From: Candidatus Latescibacterota bacterium | GTDB taxonomy: Bacteria > Latescibacterota > UBA2968 > GCA-2709665 | Direction: 5' to 3' | DNA: 64,000 bases | Assembly: GCA_965203805.1 (NCBI GenBank) | Contig: OZ241917.1 | Coordinates: forward strand, 576,001 to 640,000 | Shown: positions 28,551 to 36,670 of the stretch, piece by piece | Layout: each line of letters opens with the position of its first letter | How positions within the stretch are numbered: position 1 is the stretch's first letter | Notes under the pieces: model-generated | Told to the model about the DNA's origin: nothing | Databases searched by the model: none | What the model saw: the letters and a program-made list of their open reading frames with translations, nothing else | Translations under genes and position numbers: made by a program

Positions 28551-28720
28551 GGCGATCTAAGAAGACGGGCGGGTTCGTCCCTTTTCCACTTATACCCGCA
28601 AACCGGGAAAAGGTTCCGGGCCGACGGCTGCCCTCAGCCCGGCCCGGAAGATGCTGAGACGACATGAATCTCGCTCGTGAACCAAGGGTCCACGGCGCTT
28701 GCGTAGACGTCTCCGAAGCC
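28551..28720 (-). ncRNA. Candidate structured leader RNA/ncRNA upstream of the TonB gene
   Basis: Closing stem GGAGACG/CGUCUUC encloses four hairpins; G-U pairs favour the minus strand; starts just after a minus-strand promoter. Confidence 0.35.
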
Positions 28721-28730
28721 ATAAATCACT

Positions 28731-28758
28731 AAGTTAGCCCAGACGTTTGAAATGTCAA
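28731..28758 (-). promoter_or_regulatory. Sigma70-like promoter for the structured leader and tonB
   Basis: Minus strand TTGACA-16 nt-TAACTT. Confidence 0.5.
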
Positions 28759-28798
28759 GACCAAACTTGAAAACGGGTTCCTGATCGGTGAATAAGGT

Positions 28799-29125
28799 AT
28801 GAACGAAGGAACGGGCACACCCGTCCGCATCGACGTGCGGCGCGACGACGGGGAGATGGAAATCGAGTGGCGCGGCGGCCGCGTGGACCGCCTGCCGCTG
28901 TCCGGGCTGCGGCGCTGGTGCCCATGCGCGCTGTGTTCGGACCAGCGGGAGAGCCAGGCCCGCGATCAGGGTCTGCACATGTTGTCCGACCGGGAGCGCG
29001 AGGCGACGGCCGACGTGGTGGATGTGATTCCGGTGGGCCGGTACGCGATACAGATCAGGTGGGGAGACGGTCACGATACGGGGATCTACACATATGACTC
29101 CCTGCGAAAAATGGGCGAGGATTGA
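28799..29125 (+). CDS. Gamma-butyrobetaine hydroxylase-like N-terminal domain protein (DUF971)
   Basis: LRRWCPCALC, VGRYAIQIRWGDGHDTGIY motifs. Confidence 0.85.
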   Translation: MNEGTGTPVRIDVRRDDGEMEIEWRGGRVDRLPLSGLRRWCPCALCSDQRESQARDQGLHMLSDREREATADVVDVIPVGRYAIQIRWGDGHDTGIYTYDSLRKMGED

Positions 29126-29242
29126 ACGCCGGGCACGTCGGCTCGCAAGCGGGAACAGGGATTGACGGACCGGGCAAAGCGTCGTCATATTTGAGGTGCG
29201 CAGAATCGAGTATCCGGGAAACTTCATATTCGGGAGAACGCC

Positions 29243-30166
29243 ATGGCAGAGTCCATTGAGAGTCGTCTGGTTGCAGACGTGACGAAAGAAACATCGTTGC
29301 CGCTACCCCGGCGTGTGCTGGGCAGAACCGGCGTACGGGTGCCGATCCTTGGCTACGGCTCGGCCCCCGGCGGGCTCGGGATGGACGACGAAGACGCCAT
29401 TTCTCTCTGTCACCGGGCCATCGACCTCGGCGTCACGCTCATCGATACCGCGCCGGGGTATGGTCGCGCGCATCTCCAACTGGGACAGGTCATGGCCAGC
29501 CGCAGGCGAGAAGTCTTCCTGGTCACGAAGACACCGGCCGACGACGCGGCCCAGGCGTTATCGATGTTGGAGAAGGGCCTGAGAGATCTTCAGACCGATC
29601 AGGTTGATCTGGTTTACGTGCATTCGATGGGCAATCGGGACGTGGACAGGGTCCTGGCCTCCGACGGCGCGCTCGAGGGACTGAGGGAAGCGCAGCGACG
29701 GGGATGGACCCGGTTCATCGGCGTGACGGCGCACAATGCGCCCTGGCGCACCGTCCGCGTATTGAAAGAAGCGGAAATCGACGTCGTGATGCTTGCCATG
29801 AACATTGCCGACCGATATACGTACAACTTTGAGAACGAGGTTCTGCCGCTCGCAATCGAACAGAATGTCGGTGTGGCTGCGATGAAAGTGTACGGTGGGG
29901 CGTTGGACATGAATTACGACAGGCCGGCGCCTTCGGCTCTCGCCGCGCATGGACCCCACGATCACGAAGCGGCGCTCCGGTACGCGCTGGGACTGCCCGG
30001 TGTCGGCACGGCGGTTGTGGGCGTGTTTACGGAGGACGAACTCGTACAGAACGTGGTGTGGGCGCGGCGAACCAAACCGCTGGATGGACCGGACGGCCTG
30101 GCCGCGGAGCGCACCGGACGGCAGGTTGCCGCCGACTGGGGGCCGCATTACGGCGCGGTGGAATAG
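29243..30166 (+). CDS. Aldo/keto reductase
   Basis: RRVLGRTG, IDTAPGY, LVTK, DLVYVH, RFIGVTAH, AMKVYGG. Confidence 0.88.
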   Translation: MAESIESRLVADVTKETSLPLPRRVLGRTGVRVPILGYGSAPGGLGMDDEDAISLCHRAIDLGVTLIDTAPGYGRAHLQLGQVMASRRREVFLVTKTPADDAAQALSMLEKGLRDLQTDQVDLVYVHSMGNRDVDRVLASDGALEGLREAQRRGWTRFIGVTAHNAPWRTVRVLKEAEIDVVMLAMNIADRYTYNFENEVLPLAIEQNVGVAAMKVYGGALDMNYDRPAPSALAAHGPHDHEAALRYALGLPGVGTAVVGVFTEDELVQNVVWARRTKPLDGPDGLAAERTGRQVAADWGPHYGAVE

Positions 30167-30182
30167 AAAGCGATCAGGTCAA

Positions 30183-31322
30183 ATGATCACAGACAGCCGT
30201 GCAGGCGTGCGATTTACACAACCGGCGGCCGGATGGCGGCGGGTTCTGCCCTGCGTATGGTCCGTCCTCGCCGGAGCCGCTCTGTTCGCGTGCGGGGTGG
30301 ACGAATCCGGCTCACCGCTGGGCACTGTGACGCCCCGGTCCTTCGGCGCGGTGGGGCCGTTGGTTCAGCCCAGGAGGGATCATACGGCCACCCGTCTGTC
30401 CGACGGCACCGTGTTGATTGCCGGGGGGATACACGTGGTCGCCGCCGGCGTGGAAGATCCGTTGACGAGCGCGGAGGTCTTCGATCCGGCCACGGGAAGG
30501 TTTCGGCAAACCGGCGGCATGCCCGAGGGACGCACCGGGCATGTGGCCGCCATGTTGAACGACGGCAAGGTGTTGATTGCGGGCGGCGGCCGGCAATCCA
30601 TGGTTCTGTACGATCCGGTGTCCGGCGCCTTCGTCGCCAGCGCGGCCGTCAGTAGAATCCAGCGCCCGAGGGCGGCGACGACGTTGCGGGACGGCAGGGT
30701 GCTGCTGGTGGGCGACCTGACCTTTGCCGCGGAGATCTACGATCCTGAAGAAGACGATATCGTAAAGATCGTCACCGTCGGTACGAGGCGGGTGCAACAG
30801 ACCGCGACGTTGCTCAGCAGCGGAGCGGTGCTCATCGCGGGAGGAGCGAGAGGGCTTGCCGAGCGGTTCGACCCGACAAACGACGCGTTTGCATCGCCGG
30901 GCAGCGGCAGCCTGCGGGTCGTCCGGTTCGGGCATACGGCGACGTTGCTGGCCGATGGACGCGTGCTGCTGGCAGGGGGCAGCGCGGAGATTGGCGGGGG
31001 CGTGTTCACGCCGGTGAGCAGCACCGAAATTTTCGATCCGGATTTCCCGTCGTTCCGCGCCGCGGGATCCATGCGAACGCCCAGGTTCGGGCATGCGGCC
31101 GCCAGGCTGAGGGATGGAAGCGTGCTCATCGTGGGTGGCGCACCGGCCGAAGCCGAACTTTTCAATCCCGGTACCGGGGCGTTCCAGTTTGTGGGTGGAG
31201 AGGCGGGCCGGGTCCGGAGCGGCGCTACCGCCACCCTGCTGAACGACGGCCGGGTGCTGGTGGCCGGGGGTGTGGACGAGGGTTTCCTGTATCTGGAGCA
31301 TGCACTGGTTTACAATCCCTGA
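30183..31322 (+). CDS. Kelch-repeat beta-propeller lipoprotein
   Basis: Lipobox-like LFAC; about 6 repeats of R..HTATLL.DGRVL.AGG...E.FDP. Confidence 0.82.
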   Translation: MITDSRAGVRFTQPAAGWRRVLPCVWSVLAGAALFACGVDESGSPLGTVTPRSFGAVGPLVQPRRDHTATRLSDGTVLIAGGIHVVAAGVEDPLTSAEVFDPATGRFRQTGGMPEGRTGHVAAMLNDGKVLIAGGGRQSMVLYDPVSGAFVASAAVSRIQRPRAATTLRDGRVLLVGDLTFAAEIYDPEEDDIVKIVTVGTRRVQQTATLLSSGAVLIAGGARGLAERFDPTNDAFASPGSGSLRVVRFGHTATLLADGRVLLAGGSAEIGGGVFTPVSSTEIFDPDFPSFRAAGSMRTPRFGHAAARLRDGSVLIVGGAPAEAELFNPGTGAFQFVGGEAGRVRSGATATLLNDGRVLVAGGVDEGFLYLEHALVYNP

Positions 31323-31557
31323 CGTTCCCTGTCAATTATCGGCGGATGCGGCACGACCGGGGCTGAATCCCGCATGGGCGGCCTCTGTTTTTTTGCTCTA
31401 TCTTCGCACCCGGCATGCCTCCCGAGTCAGGGTTGACTTTCGGTCCACTGAGTGGTTTTCGCGGTCCGGAACTTCGAGGGACCGGCTGCGCTGAATCCCT
31501 CCCGCCGGAGCGGCTGTACCCGTCCGGTCGACTCTGTAAATGCAGGCTTAATTTGCC

Positions 31558-33555
31558 ATGAACCAGTCCGAAACCCACCACCCGACCGCGAGATCGGAAG
31601 ATTTGCCGATCGCGGCTGCGGAAAGCCTCCGTGGAACCGTTATCGCACTCTCGGTTGCCATGCTGGTCTTCGCGTGCATCGCTGCGACGTTTCTGGAATT
31701 CAGATCACGCTCGGCGCATATGGCCATGGCGAACCTGCCGCTGGCGGTCTTGTTGCCTTTCGTCGCATGGCTTCTGGTGAATGCCCTGTTAAAGCGGTTT
31801 GTTCCCTGGCTTTCCCTTACGTCGGCAGAGTTAAGGCTGGCCCTGAGCATGCTCTGGGTGGGCGGTTCATTTGCCGGGTATAACTGGATCACGCAGTGGG
31901 TGGGCGCCATGGCTGCGCCCAGGTATTACGCCTCTCCGGAAAACAGGTGGCAGGAGTTGATTTTCGACTATCTGCCGTGGTGGATGTTTCCATCGGATTT
32001 CCCGGGCGTCACCGAGAGTTTTTTCCTTGGGATCGAGAAGGGCGCGGGGGTGCCGTGGGGGGCGTGGCTCGGCCCCGTTTTCTGGGCGATGTCCGCCGGC
32101 GCGGCGATGACCGCCATCGGGATTGGGCTTACGGCGGTCTTCCAAAAGCAGTGGGTCCGGCACGAGCGACTCACCTATCCCCTGGCACAGGTGCCGATTG
32201 ATCTGACGGAAGGATTCGACAGGAAACGAGGCTGGCCGCCGTTTGTGCGGCGGTGGATTTTCTGGGTGGGCTTCGCAATATCGGCCGTCCCCCTGTTGTG
32301 GAACCTGATCGAATACTGGAGTCCCGGCTTTCCCCGCCTGGCGATTTTCGACGCCTATTACGGCCCGACCGGCCCCAGGGGTGCGGAGTTATCGCGTTAT
32401 CTGCAGCCCTTTTCCTACCGAATGTTGCCCACCGTCCTGGGCTTTACGTTTCTGTGCGATCTGAATATCCTGTTCAGCATATGGTCGCTGTGGATCTCCG
32501 GACAACTGGGCCTGTACGCAATGTCCAGGGTTGGATTCTCCGTGGGGCTGGTCGGGCAGGAAGCCAAACCGTCCACAATACTCGGTCTGTTCACCCACGG
32601 CGTCAGCATGGGCCTGGTGGTATGGACCCTGTGGGCGGCCCGGGGTCACCTGAAGAGGGTATTTCGGCAGGTCGTCCTGCCGCGAGATGACGAAGAGCCG
32701 GAGACTGCGATTCTGTCTCCCCGGCTGGCTCTCTCTGCGGTGCTGGCCGGCGGTCTCTATATGGTCTTCTGGCTGAACAGGGCGGGCTACAGCGTATCCA
32801 TCGGTCTGTGCTGGTTGCTGCTCTTCTGGGCGAGCATCCTGGTTGTGATGAAATTCCTGGCCGCAAGCGGGTTTGCCTATCTGTTTCCCAGTTTCGGCAC
32901 CTCGATTCTGAACATGACCGTGGGTGCAAACCGGATGAATGAGTCCACCCTGGTAGGGCTTCGCCTGGTGAACTGGCGGCTTCTGGCGGGCTGGCGGCTG
33001 CCGGCGGCGCTGCCTCACGTGGAACGGCTGGTCGGGCGATCGGGGCGTACTGGATGGGTGGTGGCCGTCAGCCTGGTCGCGGGCATGCTGGCGGCGATCG
33101 TCTACACGGTTTCCATCTGTTACCAGGAGGGCGGCAGCACGTTCCGCACGTGGTCTCTGGTAGGCGCGCCAAGAGGAATGTACGAGGGAATCGCGAAAGC
33201 GGTTGCGGATACGGATCCCGAGGTCACCGATCCGGGGAAAATCGGCGTGTGGGTCCTCGGGGCCCTGACTGCGGGCGCCATCCAGTTGATGCAGAGCCGA
33301 TTCTCCTGGTGGCCGCTGCATCCGCTCGGGGTCATGCTGATGTCGAGCGGTTACGTTCGGCTCTACGTGCTGGACATATTCCTGGTGTGGCTGGCCAAGT
33401 TGATGGTGCTCCGTTTTGGCGGCATCTCACTCTACCGCCGCGTCAAACCGTGTTGTTACGGATTGATCGTGGGCTACGTTTTCGCGGTGGGCTGTTCCTT
33501 TCTGGTGGATCTGATCTGGTTTCCTGAAGGCGGGCACTACATCCATGGGTATTAG
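31558..33555 (+). CDS. Polytopic membrane protein, DUF6785/DUF6784-type putative transporter (paralog 3, more divergent)
   Basis: YYASPENRW, KQW..HERLTYPL, WWPLHPLG motifs shared with paralogs 1 and 2. Confidence 0.65.
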   Translation: MNQSETHHPTARSEDLPIAAAESLRGTVIALSVAMLVFACIAATFLEFRSRSAHMAMANLPLAVLLPFVAWLLVNALLKRFVPWLSLTSAELRLALSMLWVGGSFAGYNWITQWVGAMAAPRYYASPENRWQELIFDYLPWWMFPSDFPGVTESFFLGIEKGAGVPWGAWLGPVFWAMSAGAAMTAIGIGLTAVFQKQWVRHERLTYPLAQVPIDLTEGFDRKRGWPPFVRRWIFWVGFAISAVPLLWNLIEYWSPGFPRLAIFDAYYGPTGPRGAELSRYLQPFSYRMLPTVLGFTFLCDLNILFSIWSLWISGQLGLYAMSRVGFSVGLVGQEAKPSTILGLFTHGVSMGLVVWTLWAARGHLKRVFRQVVLPRDDEEPETAILSPRLALSAVLAGGLYMVFWLNRAGYSVSIGLCWLLLFWASILVVMKFLAASGFAYLFPSFGTSILNMTVGANRMNESTLVGLRLVNWRLLAGWRLPAALPHVERLVGRSGRTGWVVAVSLVAGMLAAIVYTVSICYQEGGSTFRTWSLVGAPRGMYEGIAKAVADTDPEVTDPGKIGVWVLGALTAGAIQLMQSRFSWWPLHPLGVMLMSSGYVRLYVLDIFLVWLAKLMVLRFGGISLYRRVKPCCYGLIVGYVFAVGCSFLVDLIWFPEGGHYIHGY

Positions 33556-34321
33556 TGAATCGGCGCGCGACGCGGCCATCGACGTCCGCGGCGTAAACAA
33601 GGTGTTCGAGAGCGACGCGGCGCGGGTGGTGGCGCTGAGGGACGTGAATCTGCAGGTTCCGCGGGGCGCTTTCGTGAGTGTCGTCGGTCCCTCCGGTTGC
33701 GGCAAGACCAGCCTGATGCGCATCGTCGGTGACCTGGAGGTCCCCACGTCGGGAACCGTTCGCGTGAACGGGAAGATGCCGGGAGATGCGAGAAAAGCCA
33801 GGGAAATCGGCGTGGTTTTTCAAAGTCCCGCGTTGCTCGGCTGGCGGACGGTGGCAGAGAACGTGGGGTTGCCGGGTGAGATTTTCAACGATAGCGGGGT
33901 GGCGGCCAAGGCCCATGAAATGGTGCGGACCGTGGGGCTGGAGGGTTTCGAGCAGTCCTATCCAAGGCAATTGTCGGGTGGTATGCAGTCGAGGGTGGCC
34001 ATCGCCCGCGCGCTGACGTACAGGCCCGCCGTGCTGCTGATGGACGAACCGTTCGGCGCCCTGGACGAAATGACGCGCGAGCGAATGCAATTGGAACTGC
34101 TCCGTATCTGGAGGGGGGCAAGGCCCGCGGTCCTGTTCATTACCCACAGCATTCCCGAGGCCGTTCTGCTTTCGGACCGCGTCGTGGTGATGTCGCCCCG
34201 GCCGGGCCGGCTGGTCGAAGACGTGGCGGTGGATCTGCCAAGACCCAGAAACTCGGAACTGCTTGCCCGGCCGCGTTTCGTTGAAATGGTGACGCACCTC
34301 AGGACGCTGCTGGGGGGTTAA
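33545..34321 (+). CDS. ABC transporter ATP-binding protein, NitT/TauT (SsuB/TauB-like)
   Basis: GPSGCGKT Walker A, LSGGMQ signature, LLMDEPFGALD, FITHS. Confidence 0.92.
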   Translation: MGISESARDAAIDVRGVNKVFESDAARVVALRDVNLQVPRGAFVSVVGPSGCGKTSLMRIVGDLEVPTSGTVRVNGKMPGDARKAREIGVVFQSPALLGWRTVAENVGLPGEIFNDSGVAAKAHEMVRTVGLEGFEQSYPRQLSGGMQSRVAIARALTYRPAVLLMDEPFGALDEMTRERMQLELLRIWRGARPAVLFITHSIPEAVLLSDRVVVMSPRPGRLVEDVAVDLPRPRNSELLARPRFVEMVTHLRTLLGG

Positions 34322-34347
34322 TCACCGGGGAAACCGAACCTGTCCGA

Positions 34348-35319
34348 TCAGGGTACAGGGGGCAGCAGGTCGGCAACGAAGAGCCCTGCTATGTCTATCT
34401 TTCGGTCGATGAGACCCAGGTCGAACAGAATGTCCTGTGTATGCGACCACCGTACCGTGGTTTGCGCACCCAGCCCGAGGCGTTCCACGTCCGGGCTCAT
34501 CAATATGGGGATCAGCTGTTCGAAATTGGCGCGATTGAAGCCGGCATCGCTCTCCGGGCGCTCGGCCATGTATGCGGCAACGGCGTCATCCGGGTGGTCG
34601 ACGGCGTAGCGCCAGCCTTTCAGGCTCGCGTGGACGAATCTGCGCACGATGTCCGGATTGTCTTCAAGGTAGTCGGCATTGGCAATAATGTTGGTGCTGT
34701 ACAGGTCGATACCGTATGCGGCGAATGAAATGCGGGTCACCGCCCGCCCCCGGAGTTCGACGGTGACCGGCTGGTCTTCGGTATACCCCAGCATGGCATC
34801 GACCTTTCCCGCAAGCAGGGGGGCAGGGCTGGATTCCGTCATTCCCATCACCTGCAAACTGTCTTCATCGATGCCCACCTTCTTGAGAAAAGCCTGGAAT
34901 TCCCGGTGTTTGGTACCTCCGACGTTAACGCCGACCCGTTTGCCGATCAGATCATCCGGTTTTCGGATGTTGTTCTCTTCCAGCGCGTACACCACAACCG
35001 GCGAATGCTGGTTGATCACGGCGAGGGAGACCACGGGGATGTCTCTCGCGCGGGCAATGACCGTAGCCGATCCGCTGGAAATCCCGAGCGGGTATTTTCC
35101 GCTTCCCACCAGACGTGCCGTTGTGGGTGCGCCGGTGCCTTCGAGTATCTCAACCGCGATCCCCTTGGCGTCGTAATATCCTTTTGCCTTTGCCACAAAG
35201 AAGCCGGCGTGCTCCATCTGGGCCTTCCAGTCCAGAAGCAGCTGAATCCGGTGTCGTGTATCGGGCGGACTGCCGCACGCAGTCAGCAAAGCGAAGAGAA
35301 GCCAGACAAGACGGTTCAT
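34348..35319 (-). CDS. ABC transporter substrate-binding lipoprotein, NMT1/THI5-like
   Basis: Start after GGAGGG; lipobox LLTAC; LDW....HAGFFVA..KGYY motif. Confidence 0.85.
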   Translation of the reverse strand: MNRLVWLLFALLTACGSPPDTRHRIQLLLDWKAQMEHAGFFVAKAKGYYDAKGIAVEILEGTGAPTTARLVGSGKYPLGISSGSATVIARARDIPVVSLAVINQHSPVVVYALEENNIRKPDDLIGKRVGVNVGGTKHREFQAFLKKVGIDEDSLQVMGMTESSPAPLLAGKVDAMLGYTEDQPVTVELRGRAVTRISFAAYGIDLYSTNIIANADYLEDNPDIVRRFVHASLKGWRYAVDHPDDAVAAYMAERPESDAGFNRANFEQLIPILMSPDVERLGLGAQTTVRWSHTQDILFDLGLIDRKIDIAGLFVADLLPPVP

Positions 35320-35353
35320 CGAGACCCTCCCGGTAAGAGGTCTGCGTGGAAGT

Positions 35354-36145
35354 TTAACGCCTGAGCGGCTCATGGAAATCACCCCAGCGTCTGAGCAGGA
35401 GTTTTTCCAGGCCTTCAACGATGAGGAAGAGGAGTGTGCCCATCGCGCCCAGCACCACCAGCGCTGCGAACATGAGATCGGTTGCCAGCTCGGAGTTGGC
35501 CAGCCGCGTGAGATGTCCCAGGCCGGCGCTCGCGCCCACGAATTCTCCCACCACCGCACCGATAACGCTCAGGGTGACACAGATTTTAAGGGCGGCGAAG
35601 AGATATGGAATCGCATGCGGCAGGCGGACTTTAATCAGTATCTGCCGTCTTCCCGCGGATAGCGCCCGCATCAGATCCAGAATGAGCGGATCTACGGCGA
35701 GCAGGCCGCGTGTCGTGTTGATGATGACAGGGAAAAAGGAAATGAGCGCGGCGATGACGACCTTGGGAAACAGTCCGAGGCCGAACCAGACGATGAAGAG
35801 AGGAGCCAGCGCTTCTTTCGGGAAGGTCTGGGAGGAGATGACGATGGGATAGAGCATTCGCTCGATAATGGGAGATCGAGCCATCAGAATGGCGCCCGCG
35901 ACGCCCGTACCGGCGCCAAGCAAAAAACCCCAGAGCGCTTCCTGCAGGGTCACCCAGGCATGGGACAACAGCGTGTAGCGCGCCGAAATCAGTTTACCGA
36001 GGATTCGGGACGGCGCGGGCAGGATATAGTCGGCGATGTTCCAGGCGATTACCAGCAGTTCCCAGATGCCGAGCGTGACGAAAACGAACCCAAGGGACAG
36101 GCCGTACTCCCGGACGAGGGCGCGGACGACGTTGACCAGGATCAC
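35354..36145 (-). CDS. ABC transporter permease, NitT/TauT (SsuC-like)
   Basis: ILPAPS.I, P..ALAPLFIVWFGLG, FFPV, GAVVGEF...AGLG; GTG start overlaps the upstream stop (GTGA). Confidence 0.88.
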   Translation of the reverse strand: MILVNVVRALVREYGLSLGFVFVTLGIWELLVIAWNIADYILPAPSRILGKLISARYTLLSHAWVTLQEALWGFLLGAGTGVAGAILMARSPIIERMLYPIVISSQTFPKEALAPLFIVWFGLGLFPKVVIAALISFFPVIINTTRGLLAVDPLILDLMRALSAGRRQILIKVRLPHAIPYLFAALKICVTLSVIGAVVGEFVGASAGLGHLTRLANSELATDLMFAALVVLGAMGTLLFLIVEGLEKLLLRRWGDFHEPLRR

Positions 36146-36519
36146 CGCTCGAACAGGATGATCTGGGCCTGGATCGCGCCGGCCTGGTTCTGATATTCGG
36201 GGTTTTCGTTCATCGCCATAAACAGTGGTCCTTCGTAGGGTGAAAAAAGGTCGAAGTAGACCCCTGCCGCCAGGGGCGGGTTGTCCGGTCCGATTCTGCA
36301 GATCAGGGCGCCCACGTTGGTGCCCGGGAGAAGGTACTCGTCCCCGGCCAGGAGGCCTTCGACGCCGTTCGCGCCACACCAGGTGATCGTGGCAGGACGC
36401 ATCTCGGGCGACCAGATGCCTTCGGCCGAAATGACGACTCGCTGATCCTTCTGGACCCGCAGATACAACTCCTGCCAGATCGCGTTCGGACGGACGGTCT
36501 TGTTGATGGTCAGCGGCAT
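36142..36519 (-). CDS. LecA/PA-IL-like lectin-fold protein
   Basis: 125 aa, beta-rich; V.ISAEG.W, GALICRIG and LFMAMNE.PEYQNQAG align by eye with the LecA motifs GALVMKIG and LIYNDVPGTYGNNSG. Confidence 0.55.
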   Translation of the reverse strand: MPLTINKTVRPNAIWQELYLRVQKDQRVVISAEGIWSPEMRPATITWCGANGVEGLLAGDEYLLPGTNVGALICRIGPDNPPLAAGVYFDLFSPYEGPLFMAMNENPEYQNQAGAIQAQIILFER

Positions 36520-36571
36520 GGGGCGGAATTCTCGATTGCAGGTCTGATAAAAGGAGTCGGTCGCCTGCTAC

Positions 36572-36600
36572 AAGATAGGACCGTGTGCCGCCAATGTCAA
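36572..36600 (-). promoter_or_regulatory. Sigma70-like promoter of the lectin-permease-SBP operon
   Basis: Minus strand TTGACA-17 nt-TATCTT. Confidence 0.55.
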
Positions 36601-36670
36601 GAGGGAGGTCCGAGGGCGACCTGCTGCCGGTCGAGCCACGGAATCGGTCGGAAGGCCGAAGGGATCCACG

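Noticed and set aside
28551-28720. Firm call as 6S RNA on the plus strand
   Set aside because: Short similarities exist, but the long rod with a central bubble does not pair convincingly, and the promoter and G-U pairs favour the minus strand; kept only as an unclassified RNA candidate.
31323-31557. Two GCTGAATCCC copies suggesting a c-di-AMP (ydaO) riboswitch
   Set aside because: The downstream conserved GGGGGA and pseudo-symmetric elements are not evident.
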